Of a stretch of DNA of 64,000 nucleotides, positions 55,223 to 63,309 are shown one piece after another. Where the stretch lies: contig JAIPJQ010000001.1 of assembly GCA_021734065.1 (NCBI GenBank), positions 19,251-83,250 of the forward strand, in the 5' to 3' direction. The translations under genes and the position numbers were made by a program. The DNA comes from Fidelibacterota bacterium (lineage in GTDB: Bacteria; Fidelibacterota; UBA8477). Numbering within the stretch: position 1 is the first letter of the stretch; each line of letters starts with the position of its first letter. The notes under the pieces were generated by a model. It saw only the letters and a list, made by a program, of their open reading frames with translations. It ran no database searches and had not been told where the DNA came from.

Positions 55223-56233
55223 TTAATAGAGTACATCTTTGAAGCGTTCCAAATCATCCAGAACAAGACCTGTTCCCCGCACGATTGCCAACAACGGTTC
55301 CTCGGCAACATTCACCGGTAAATCAGTCTCCAGCCGCATTCTCTGATCCAACCCTTTCAGCGAAGCGCCCCCACCGGCCAAAATGATTCCCCTGTCCAGC
55401 AGATCAGAACTCAGTTCCGGTGGCGTCCGCTCCAGTGATTGCTTCACGGCATCCACGATCAAATCAACCGTGTCCTTGAGTGCTTCCCGAATTTCCGAAG
55501 ACGAAATTTCAATGGTTTTTGGGATACCGGCCACCATGTTGCGGCCTTTAACACTGATCATCACATCTTCAGCCGGCATGGCGGAACCCACGGTACATTT
55601 AATCTGCTCGGCCGTTCGCTCACCAATGAGCAAATTATGTTCGCGCTTAAAATATTGGATAATCGCTTCGTCCATCTCATCGCCGGCAATACGGATGGAT
55701 TCCTTAGTCACAATGCCGTTCAGCGCGATCACGGCGATTTCAGTGGTGCCGCCACCAATATCCACGATCATGCTGCCCACGGGCTGGCTGATGTCAATAC
55801 CAATTCCGATAGCCGCAGCGATGGGTTCCTCGATGAGATAAACTTCCCGGGCATTGCGTCGCTCAGCCGAATCCTTCACCGCCCGTTTTTCTACTTCGGT
55901 GATTCCGGTGGGAATGCAAATGACCATTTTTGGCCGGGATAGCTTACTCATTTTAAGCTTATTCAAAAAGCCGTTCAGCATGCCGTCGGCCATTTCAAAA
56001 TCAGCAATCACGCCATCCCGCAGCGGCCGGATTGTCTCAATATCATGGTGGGTTTTGCCCAGCATGTCCTTGGCCTCATTCCCCACCGCGATCACCTTAC
56101 CGGTGGTTAGCGAACGGGCCACAATACTGGGTTCATTGATGACAATTCCCTGGCCTTTCACATAAATCAGCGTGTTGGCGGTACCCAAATCTATGGCCAG
56201 GTCACCACCCATAAAGCTTACCAAGCCTGCCAA
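55223..56233 (-). CDS. mreB: rod shape-determining protein MreB
   Basis: DLAIDLGTANTLIYVKGQGIVINEPSIVA and DIGGGTTEIAVI. The start is uncertain: GTG 56272 (track), TTG 56233 (giving MAGLVSFMGGDLAIDLG, closest to the usual N-terminal length) or ATG 56212. Confidence 0.93.
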   Translation of the reverse strand: MAGLVSFMGGDLAIDLGTANTLIYVKGQGIVINEPSIVARSLTTGKVIAVGNEAKDMLGKTHHDIETIRPLRDGVIADFEMADGMLNGFLNKLKMSKLSRPKMVICIPTGITEVEKRAVKDSAERRNAREVYLIEEPIAAAIGIGIDISQPVGSMIVDIGGGTTEIAVIALNGIVTKESIRIAGDEMDEAIIQYFKREHNLLIGERTAEQIKCTVGSAMPAEDVMISVKGRNMVAGIPKTIEISSSEIREALKDTVDLIVDAVKQSLERTPPELSSDLLDRGIILAGGGASLKGLDQRMRLETDLPVNVAEEPLLAIVRGTGLVLDDLERFKDVLY

Positions 56234-56460
56234 TGCACTAACCCCACTTCCTTCGCTTTCACAGCATTCCACTCCAGGAGCAGATTAATATAACCTGCTA
56301 ATTTTCTTATATCTACAACCACAGCCGGGAGATCACGGAGGCTCGATCCGGATTGGTTGGTGTCCGTAGTCCGATCACGCCCAAATTTAAATTCCATTTG
56401 ACTCGAATGAAAGTCCCAGAAATCACTATTTTCCAGATTATTATAGTGATAGTTCGGCAT
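56218..56460 (-). CDS. possible small protein (80 aa) filling the dNK-mreB gap
   Basis: Its ATG overlaps the deoxynucleoside kinase stop (TAATG). The ORF spans almost the whole 190-250 nt gap. I see no recognisable motif and coding status is unproven. Confidence 0.25.
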   Translation of the reverse strand: MPNYHYNNLENSDFWDFHSSQMEFKFGRDRTTDTNQSGSSLRDLPAVVVDIRKLAGYINLLLEWNAVKAKEVGLVHWQAW

Positions 56461-57164
56461 TAATTATTTCCATGAGCAGCCCGTGCTTTTGTCCTGATTG
56501 TCTCATCAAATGGCACATGCTGAAAATGCGCATTATGGATCGGCACTTCAGGTCTCTTCAGGGTACTCTCAATTTCTCGAAAGATTGTTTCACGATCTTT
56601 TACGTGGGTCAATTCAAACGAGTCGGTTTGAATGCGTAGAACAGGAATTCGGTGTGAAATTTTTCCCATCCAGTCTTCATACAGTTGATTTAACTGTTCC
56701 ATGTACTCCGGACTGATCTGCTTTTCACTTTCCCGCCCCCTGATCTGAATTCGTCGTAACAAGGTGGGAACTTCTGCAGCAAGATATACCAGCAAATCCG
56801 GAGCAGGCAGAAGATGATTCACCGTTTCATAAAGGCCGTAATAGGTCTTGAAATCCCGTTCCGCCATTTTGCCCTGCTGATAAAGATTACGCGCGAAAAT
56901 CTCCGCATCCTCGTAAATCGTCCGATCCAAAACCAAATCCGAAGTCTCTCCGGCGAGCGCCTGAATTTCCTTCACCCGCTGGATAAGAAAGTAGATCTGG
57001 CTATGAAAAGCCCAGCTCTCCATATCGCGGTAAAAATCCTGCAGATACGGATTTCCCTGGAATTGTTCGTAATGTGGTTTGGCTTTAAGGTGACGCGCTA
57101 AGTGTTCCGTAAGTGTGGATTTCCCTACACCGATATTTCCCGCAATGCCAATTCGCAAACCCAC
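56460..57164 (-). CDS. deoxynucleoside kinase
   Basis: 234 aa. P-loop IAGNIGVGKSTL, then VLDRTIYEDAEIFARN and LLRRIQIRGRESE (dNK-family lid). Confidence 0.85.
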   Translation of the reverse strand: MGLRIGIAGNIGVGKSTLTEHLARHLKAKPHYEQFQGNPYLQDFYRDMESWAFHSQIYFLIQRVKEIQALAGETSDLVLDRTIYEDAEIFARNLYQQGKMAERDFKTYYGLYETVNHLLPAPDLLVYLAAEVPTLLRRIQIRGRESEKQISPEYMEQLNQLYEDWMGKISHRIPVLRIQTDSFELTHVKDRETIFREIESTLKRPEVPIHNAHFQHVPFDETIRTKARAAHGNN

Positions 57165-58184
57165 TCAGGCGACCTGAGCTTCTCTTTTACGAATGTCGGG
57201 GCCATTCCCCTCGTCATCGACAAGCAGACAGGAAACCTGGTGATCACCGGGAATGGCTTTGAGTTGGGGAACTGTAATTTTGCATTGCGCTTCAGCCACG
57301 GGACACCGGGGATGGAAGGTGCATCCCGGTGGTGGATTGGAAGGCGACGGGACATCACCCTCCAGTAAAATGCGATCAGGCTCATGGTCCGGGTCCGGTA
57401 CCGGCACTGCTGATAAGAGCGCCTGGGTGTAAGGATGCTTGGGTGCTTCGTAAAGTTCGGATGATTTGGAAATTTCCGCAATATGCCCCAAATACATGAC
57501 CGCCACGCGGTTGGAGATATGCTCCACCACACTCAAATCGTGGGCGATGAACAGGTAGGTCAGATTGAACTCTTCCTGCAAATCCTGCAGGAGGTTAATA
57601 ATTTGAGCCTGAATCGATACATCTAAGGCAGACACGGGTTCGTCGCAGACGATAAATTTTGGTTCAACCGATAGCGCCCGGGCGATTCCGATACGCTGGC
57701 GCTGGCCACCTGAAAATTCGTGGGGATACCGCGTTGCATGCTTGGGCGACATTCCCACCCGATCCAATAAATAACCCACACGAGCCTGAATTTCCTTCTT
57801 TGGAGCGATCTTGTGCTGGAACATGGCCTCCGACAACATACTGCCCACGGTAATTCTGGGATTCAACGAGGAATAGGGGTCCTGAAAAATAATCTGGATA
57901 TCTTTCCGGATCTTTCGCATGCCCTCTTTTTCCAAGTTGGTGATATCCCGCCCTTCAAAAAATATCTGACCTTCAGTGGGCTCGATCAATCGCAGGAGTG
58001 AGCGACCCGTGGTGGTTTTTCCGCAACCCGACTCCCCCACCAAGCCCAGTGTTTCACCGCGACGAATGGAAAATGAAACCCCATCCACCGCTTTCACATA
58101 CCCGATTGTTTTGGAAAACAATCCCTTTTTAATGGGGAAATATTTCTTCAGGTTTTTTACTTCAAGGAGCGCGTCATGTGTCAT
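57165..58184 (-). CDS. oligopeptide/dipeptide-type ABC transporter ATP-binding protein (OppF/DppF-like)
   Basis: 339 aa. [36 protein letters not shown] and the C-terminal Opp/Dpp extension [17 protein letters not shown]. Confidence 0.85.
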   Translation of the reverse strand: MTHDALLEVKNLKKYFPIKKGLFSKTIGYVKAVDGVSFSIRRGETLGLVGESGCGKTTTGRSLLRLIEPTEGQIFFEGRDITNLEKEGMRKIRKDIQIIFQDPYSSLNPRITVGSMLSEAMFQHKIAPKKEIQARVGYLLDRVGMSPKHATRYPHEFSGGQRQRIGIARALSVEPKFIVCDEPVSALDVSIQAQIINLLQDLQEEFNLTYLFIAHDLSVVEHISNRVAVMYLGHIAEISKSSELYEAPKHPYTQALLSAVPVPDPDHEPDRILLEGDVPSPSNPPPGCTFHPRCPVAEAQCKITVPQLKAIPGDHQVSCLLVDDEGNGPDIRKREAQVA

Positions 58185-58226
58185 TATTCATTCCGTAGGT
58201 TGGGTTCAATCATGATTTCAATTCGG

Positions 58227-58829
58227 TTACTGGCTTGCCCTGGTTTGGGACCCTTTTGTCTGACTCATACCGATTTTGGAGAGTTTGTCTGCCAGCTTGT
58301 TGAGATTACGCGAAATATGAACGAATTCAATTTTTTCAAAATTTCCCGCCAGTTGTTTCGCCCGTTCATACAACGGCTTCATATTGGCATGTTTCACACG
58401 GTATTCGCCATTCAACTGGCGGACCATGAGTTGACTATCGGATGCCACGCGTACGGATTTCACATCAAACTGGGCTGCAATCTCCAAAGCTTTACAAAGC
58501 GCCGTATACTCAGCCTGGTTGTTGGTGGCATCCGGTAAATATTCAGCAAAGCTGTAAAGTTCCATGCCCTTTCGGAAAAACGCACCGCCGATTCCGGCTG
58601 ATTTTTTATGCAAGTCGGCTGCACCGTCCACGAAAATTTCCAAATCCACATCGCCCTGCAAAGGTGGCTGGTCGGAGGCTTTCCGTTCAAAATCAGCAGA
58701 TTCTGGCAGTTTTTGGCGCTGGCGTTCGTTCAATCCCAGCAGGATTTTTACCGCATATTCCTGGTTGGGATTTTCATCGAAAAACCCCTTCTCAACCAGA
58801 AATTGATACATAGTTAGGGCGATGGACAT
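58227..58829 (-). CDS. ribonuclease HI-family protein with ~65-aa N-terminal extension
   Basis: IFVDGAA...NNQAEYTALCKALEIA...VRVASDSQLMVRQLNGEY...FVHISRNLNKLADKL carries the DEDD-type RNase H residues. The ATG at 58829 is preceded by GAGAGG and avoids overlap with the upstream gene. Confidence 0.8.
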   Translation of the reverse strand: MSIALTMYQFLVEKGFFDENPNQEYAVKILLGLNERQRQKLPESADFERKASDQPPLQGDVDLEIFVDGAADLHKKSAGIGGAFFRKGMELYSFAEYLPDATNNQAEYTALCKALEIAAQFDVKSVRVASDSQLMVRQLNGEYRVKHANMKPLYERAKQLAGNFEKIEFVHISRNLNKLADKLSKIGMSQTKGSQTRASQ

Positions 58830-58848
58830 GGGACCTCTCGATTGATGA

Positions 58849-60120
58849 TTAGGGATGATATTCCCAGTCGCGTAAAAAGCGGTAAGGTTGGGATAAGCGA
58901 TATTCACCGAACCCGGTCATATCAACAAAAATGAATTGCTGGTCAATGTCGAAATAGTACCAGATTTCATAGGGCTTCATATCCATTTCAAAGGGGCGGC
59001 GCTCAATTTCATTGGGGGGACCGAACAGGATATAAATCGCTCCCATATCGGTAAGCCAGCCCTCCCGAATGCTGGAAAAATGCTCATTTGCGTAGTTCAC
59101 CCGGCGATAATACTCATCCATCAATTCATTTTCCACCGTATTGGGCGTGGGATCTTTTTCGTGCCAGAACTGGAGGAAAAGTTGGCGTTTTTCCTCGTCA
59201 TCGGCTTTCAGCATTTTTTTTACCTGTTTTTCAGATGCGATATATCGCAATTGCTGGATAGCCAGCGGTAAATTCTGGATACTGCCACTGACACCTCGCC
59301 AGTGTACCCGGAATTGAGCGCGGGACGCTACCGTGGTTCCCTCCCCTTTCCGCACACTCAGCTCAAGCGAGTACTGCCCAAAGCTCATTTTTTTTGTGGG
59401 CATGGTTAAATTCAACAGCGTATCAACGGCTGTTAGCGTGTTGATTTTGCTGCTGAGATAATAGACGGGTGTTTCCTCTTTCAACAGTCTGTATTGAATG
59501 TCATAGGGACCGCTATCACCGATGAGACGGGCTTGAAAATTGATTGTGTCCAATGGTTCCGGAAGCTGATGACCCCAGAAGACCGTATGCCGCGTACCCT
59601 TCTCCTCGTAATGGGACCGGATGATACCCACATCGCCCAGCACCAGTGCGGATTGATAAAAGTCGGAATAATCGCGGGAATCATCCAGAAATCTGGTCTT
59701 CCGTGTATCCAGATCGGTAACACGAATCGTGACTTTCACATCTTTAGCGGGCAGAATGAATGGCTCGGTGATGATATCCAGACGATGCTCATCCCGGGTG
59801 TCATCATACGTATCGCTGTATAAATTCCGTTTGACGATGCGTCCGGCAATTTTGATTTCATCTGCTGTGGTAAATGTGATACCGACTTCATATTTCCCGT
59901 GATACTGACCCTCGTGACGGATAAACTGAATCTGGTTGTATGGTACGGAGACCTGGATATCCAATTGGATTTTCACTCGGTCGGCCATTGGCGAAGCAAT
60001 TCCGATAAAAGAAAATTCCGGCAGGCCGATCAACTCCTCTTCCTGCCTGGTCTGAGAATACAGCGTCAATGTGGCACTAAAGAGCAGCAGATATAGAAAG
60101 AAAAGCCTTTTGAAGGACAT
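58849..60120 (-). CDS. GWxTD domain-containing secreted protein
   Basis: The signal peptide MSFKRLFFLYLLLFSATLTLYSQ starts at the ATG at 60120, which overlaps the upstream stop (TGATG). The C-terminal FWHEKDPTPNT..NELMDEYYRRVNYANEHF...EGWLTDMGAIYILFGPPNEIER is the GWxTD pattern. Confidence 0.75.
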   Translation of the reverse strand: MSFKRLFFLYLLLFSATLTLYSQTRQEEELIGLPEFSFIGIASPMADRVKIQLDIQVSVPYNQIQFIRHEGQYHGKYEVGITFTTADEIKIAGRIVKRNLYSDTYDDTRDEHRLDIITEPFILPAKDVKVTIRVTDLDTRKTRFLDDSRDYSDFYQSALVLGDVGIIRSHYEEKGTRHTVFWGHQLPEPLDTINFQARLIGDSGPYDIQYRLLKEETPVYYLSSKINTLTAVDTLLNLTMPTKKMSFGQYSLELSVRKGEGTTVASRAQFRVHWRGVSGSIQNLPLAIQQLRYIASEKQVKKMLKADDEEKRQLFLQFWHEKDPTPNTVENELMDEYYRRVNYANEHFSSIREGWLTDMGAIYILFGPPNEIERRPFEMDMKPYEIWYYFDIDQQFIFVDMTGFGEYRLSQPYRFLRDWEYHP

Positions 60121-61829
60121 CACGGTAATCTCAAACCTTTCCGGTAAATGCGTGTCAGGCCCCGATCGGTACCTGCCCAAATATAGTTGTCAGTGGTTGC
60201 TAGGTCAGTGATAAAGTTGGAAGCCAGTCCGTCGGAAACCGTGAATACAGCCCACAACCCCGATTCCGGATTGAGGAATCGAAGCCCCTGCTCTGTCCCT
60301 ACCCAGACACCTGATGAGTCCACCACAAGTCCCCGGGGCGTCAAATATTCAACCGGAGAGGGAAACACAGCCCATGTTGCTGCTTTGGTGTTATAGCTCG
60401 CCATACCGCGATTGGTGGCCATCCAGATTTCATCACCGTAAGTGCACAATTCATACACAGGCGTAGAGGCGCCGGGTGCGGGGCCATTTAGTAAAATGTC
60501 GGACTCTGCTGTTAACAAAGTTTCCGAATTTACATCGTACAGGTATAAGCCATACAGTGTGCCCATCCAGAGCGTGTCATTGTGAAATAGTAAAGAGTAG
60601 ATGGGAATTCCATCGGGCTCCTGAAACAACGTGGTAAGCGGCGCTGTGCCCCATTTCAAATACAAATTCTGGCCGGTAGCTACTGCCATGAGGCGCTGAT
60701 GCACTGCAATATCATAGATGCGGCGACCTTCCAGATTGGTGGAACTAATGACCTGTGTCCAGTTTTTCTTTGCTGGGTTAAGCTTTAATACACCGCCCCG
60801 GGCGCCGATAACGAGATCCTTCCCCTGATTTTTAATACTGGAAATGAAGGTAGGACCGGGTGCCAATCCCGGTTGTGTGCTGGCGCGAAAATACTCGAAT
60901 TTATCCAGATCAGATATGGTGGTTAACCCCAACATTCCGCCCACAGTTATAATGGCATCGGGGGTAGCATTCAGACTCATCACGCCCGGCTCCAATAATC
61001 CTGTGTAGAGTGGTTCTAAGTACTGTGTTCGCAAATTACCCTGGTAAATGCCACCGCCATTGGTCCCTACAAAGACCTGGCTGGCCGGTCCCTCTCCCAC
61101 CGTAGTGACCCGGAAATTACGAAAGTAGTCCGTTTCGATTTCACCGCTGGCCGTGAATTGAGATTGACCCGGCATACTGAAAAGTGGTAGTTGGTGAATA
61201 CTCTGAATTCCCGCCGGCATTTTTGAAGCGTAGCGGATGCTTCGCACTTCAGCTGTATCGGTCATCCAATAACTAAAATCACCGGTCGTACCGTCAAACA
61301 ACGCGATCTGCCCCTGCTGATTTCCAACTGCAAAACCTTTGGGCGTGATACCAACCTGCAATTCTTTGCCTATCAACTGCGGTGGTAAGCGGCTGCTATT
61401 TGCCCATTCGCTGTAGAGACGATAACGGGTCACAAAATTAGGTGTCACCACCCAAACCAGTTGCTGTTCGTCATCTCCATAAACATACATGGCCGGGATT
61501 TGCGGCAGGCCATTGCTCAGCGAAATCGGATCTTCCCACTCATCCTGGGTGAAATTGTAAATCAGGACACCATCATTTGTGGCAAAATAGGTGTGCCAGG
61601 TGGACACATGAATGTGATAGACATATTTTCCGGATGGATAAGTGTAAAAGATTCCCGGTGCGTAACGGTTTTGCCCGGTCATCATGGCCGGAGCGAATAA
61701 GAACAACATGCATGCGAGTAAAAGGGCGATTCGCAAAAACCCAAGTTTCTTAGACCACTTTACCGGGTATTCCGGTTCAGTTCTTTTTACGCGTCGTTTC
61801 CCAGCCGTGACCAGGCTCTGAAAATGCAC
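60120..61829 (-). CDS. secreted beta-propeller protein with two-component-regulator-propeller (Reg_prop)-like repeats
   Basis: Repeats include DGLASNFITDLATTDNYIWAGTDRGLTRI, IWMATNRGMASY, LWMGTLYGLYLYD and VWVGTEQGLRFLN. There is a hydrophobic signal (LRIALLLACMLFLFAPAMM). The start is uncertain: the track ORF overlaps the PspC gene, and candidates are GTG 61841, GTG 61829 and ATG 61709. Confidence 0.6.
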   Translation of the reverse strand: MHFQSLVTAGKRRVKRTEPEYPVKWSKKLGFLRIALLLACMLFLFAPAMMTGQNRYAPGIFYTYPSGKYVYHIHVSTWHTYFATNDGVLIYNFTQDEWEDPISLSNGLPQIPAMYVYGDDEQQLVWVVTPNFVTRYRLYSEWANSSRLPPQLIGKELQVGITPKGFAVGNQQGQIALFDGTTGDFSYWMTDTAEVRSIRYASKMPAGIQSIHQLPLFSMPGQSQFTASGEIETDYFRNFRVTTVGEGPASQVFVGTNGGGIYQGNLRTQYLEPLYTGLLEPGVMSLNATPDAIITVGGMLGLTTISDLDKFEYFRASTQPGLAPGPTFISSIKNQGKDLVIGARGGVLKLNPAKKNWTQVISSTNLEGRRIYDIAVHQRLMAVATGQNLYLKWGTAPLTTLFQEPDGIPIYSLLFHNDTLWMGTLYGLYLYDVNSETLLTAESDILLNGPAPGASTPVYELCTYGDEIWMATNRGMASYNTKAATWAVFPSPVEYLTPRGLVVDSSGVWVGTEQGLRFLNPESGLWAVFTVSDGLASNFITDLATTDNYIWAGTDRGLTRIYRKGLRLP

Positions 61830-61864
61830 GCCCCGTTTGTACACTGATTTAACAGACAATGATT

Positions 61865-62545
61865 TTACGTTTCCTCGGGTACAAAAATCGCCATGATGAT
61901 GTAAGCCAATATTCCAAATCCCATGGAAGTTAGTGAGCCCATAACCCACAGGATACGGACAATATTACCATCAATACCCAGGTAGGTTCCCAGACCACCA
62001 CAAACACCGGCGATACGACGATCCGTTTTGCTTCGGATCAATTTCCCTTCGGGTTTGAACCAGCCGGTAATGAAATGACCTTCGCCACGATGATGCATCA
62101 CCAAATAAATCCCCAAAAGGATTAAGGCCACCGGCCAAATGATGCTCACCATGAATCTGCCCATCACGCTGAAAATGGACCATACCGGATCAATATAGCG
62201 CAGCAGCATCAAGCCACCGATTACGATGAGCAGAACGCCCCAAAAGCGAGAACCGAACAGGCGACTAGTATGGTGCATGGTGTCAGGCTCTGATTCTGGT
62301 TCCACCACCTCCTCAGCAGCTTCTTCCGTTGCATCCACCTCACTCTCCCGTGGAATAATGAACATGGCGATGATGTAGGCGATAAATCCCGTCCCGCCAA
62401 AAACGACCAGCAACATCCAGAGTATGCGAATGATCACCGGGTCAATGGTGAAGTATTCACCGATACCTCCACAGACACCATCAAAAACTTTATTGGTGGA
62501 CGACTTATACAGCTTTTTCATTTCCGGCTCCTTATAGTGGCTCAA
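61865..62545 (-). CDS. membrane protein with two PspC domains
   Basis: 226 aa with two copies of the PspC pattern. They are KVFDGVCGGIGEYFTIDPVIIRILWMLLVVFGGTGFIAYIIAMFIIP and RRIAGVCGGLGTYLGIDGNIVRILWVMGSLTSMGFGILAYIIMAIFVP. Confidence 0.8.
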   Translation of the reverse strand: MSHYKEPEMKKLYKSSTNKVFDGVCGGIGEYFTIDPVIIRILWMLLVVFGGTGFIAYIIAMFIIPRESEVDATEEAAEEVVEPESEPDTMHHTSRLFGSRFWGVLLIVIGGLMLLRYIDPVWSIFSVMGRFMVSIIWPVALILLGIYLVMHHRGEGHFITGWFKPEGKLIRSKTDRRIAGVCGGLGTYLGIDGNIVRILWVMGSLTSMGFGILAYIIMAIFVPEET

Positions 62546-62577
62546 TGAACCTTTAATCTAAACGGTATGATAAAAAA

Positions 62578-63300
62578 TTACAAAGGGTCTCCATTAATTA
62601 AGGGAACAAATCGTACCCAATCCACAAAATCTTTCTGTACTTTGCCTTTTGATTGCGTGACGATATATAACCGCTGGTCATGCTTTCCAACCGGCACAAC
62701 CATTCTGCCCCCGGGTTTCAATGCCTTTACCAGATTTTCAGGAACCTGATTCGGACTGGCCCACACAACGATGCGATCGTACATTTTTTTCACCGGTGGT
62801 CCTTGCCAGGCATTTCCATGCCACAACTGAACATTTTCTATATTCATCCGATTCAATCGCTCCCGGACACCATCCAACAGAGACTGGTAAAACTCGATGC
62901 TGTCAACCCACTTCACCAGTGTGGATAAGAGCGCAGTGGAATACCCGCTTCCGGTCCCCACTTCCAACACCTCATGTTCGGACGTCAGATTTAAATAATC
63001 CAGCATTAAAGCAATGACAAATGGCTGTGAAATGGTCTGACCCGACCCGATGGGTAACGGAAAATCGCCATACGCCTCAGGCTGGTGTGGCCGGGGAACA
63101 AAAAGATGTCGGGGGACCCTTTGAAAGGCTTCCAGAATGGCAGAATTCTGAATCCCACGCCGTTTTAGCTGGGTCTCAATCATCCGCGATATTTCGTCGC
63201 TGCGGTCGGTCATCTCACTTCTGGTTTTATTACCCATAACTGAATCCATCTCAACCCAAATCACTCGTTTTTTTAAGGCCTGTGGCCCCTGCCTTTGCAT
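62578..63300 (-). CDS. pcm: protein-L-isoaspartate O-methyltransferase
   Basis: VPRHLFVP, GQTISQPFVIALML, VLEVGTGSGYSTALL. The start is uncertain; in-frame ATGs lie at 63300, 63249, 63237 and 63213. Confidence 0.85.
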   Translation of the reverse strand: MQRQGPQALKKRVIWVEMDSVMGNKTRSEMTDRSDEISRMIETQLKRRGIQNSAILEAFQRVPRHLFVPRPHQPEAYGDFPLPIGSGQTISQPFVIALMLDYLNLTSEHEVLEVGTGSGYSTALLSTLVKWVDSIEFYQSLLDGVRERLNRMNIENVQLWHGNAWQGPPVKKMYDRIVVWASPNQVPENLVKALKPGGRMVVPVGKHDQRLYIVTQSKGKVQKDFVDWVRFVPLINGDPL

Positions 63301-63309
63301 TCCATAAGA

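Noticed and set aside
56440-56445. TATAAT hexamer on the minus strand just inside the 80-codon ORF, considered as the mreB promoter -10.
   Set aside because: No acceptable -35 (AATAAT at the 17-nt spacing) and no extended -10 TG. A single hexamer match is expected by chance.
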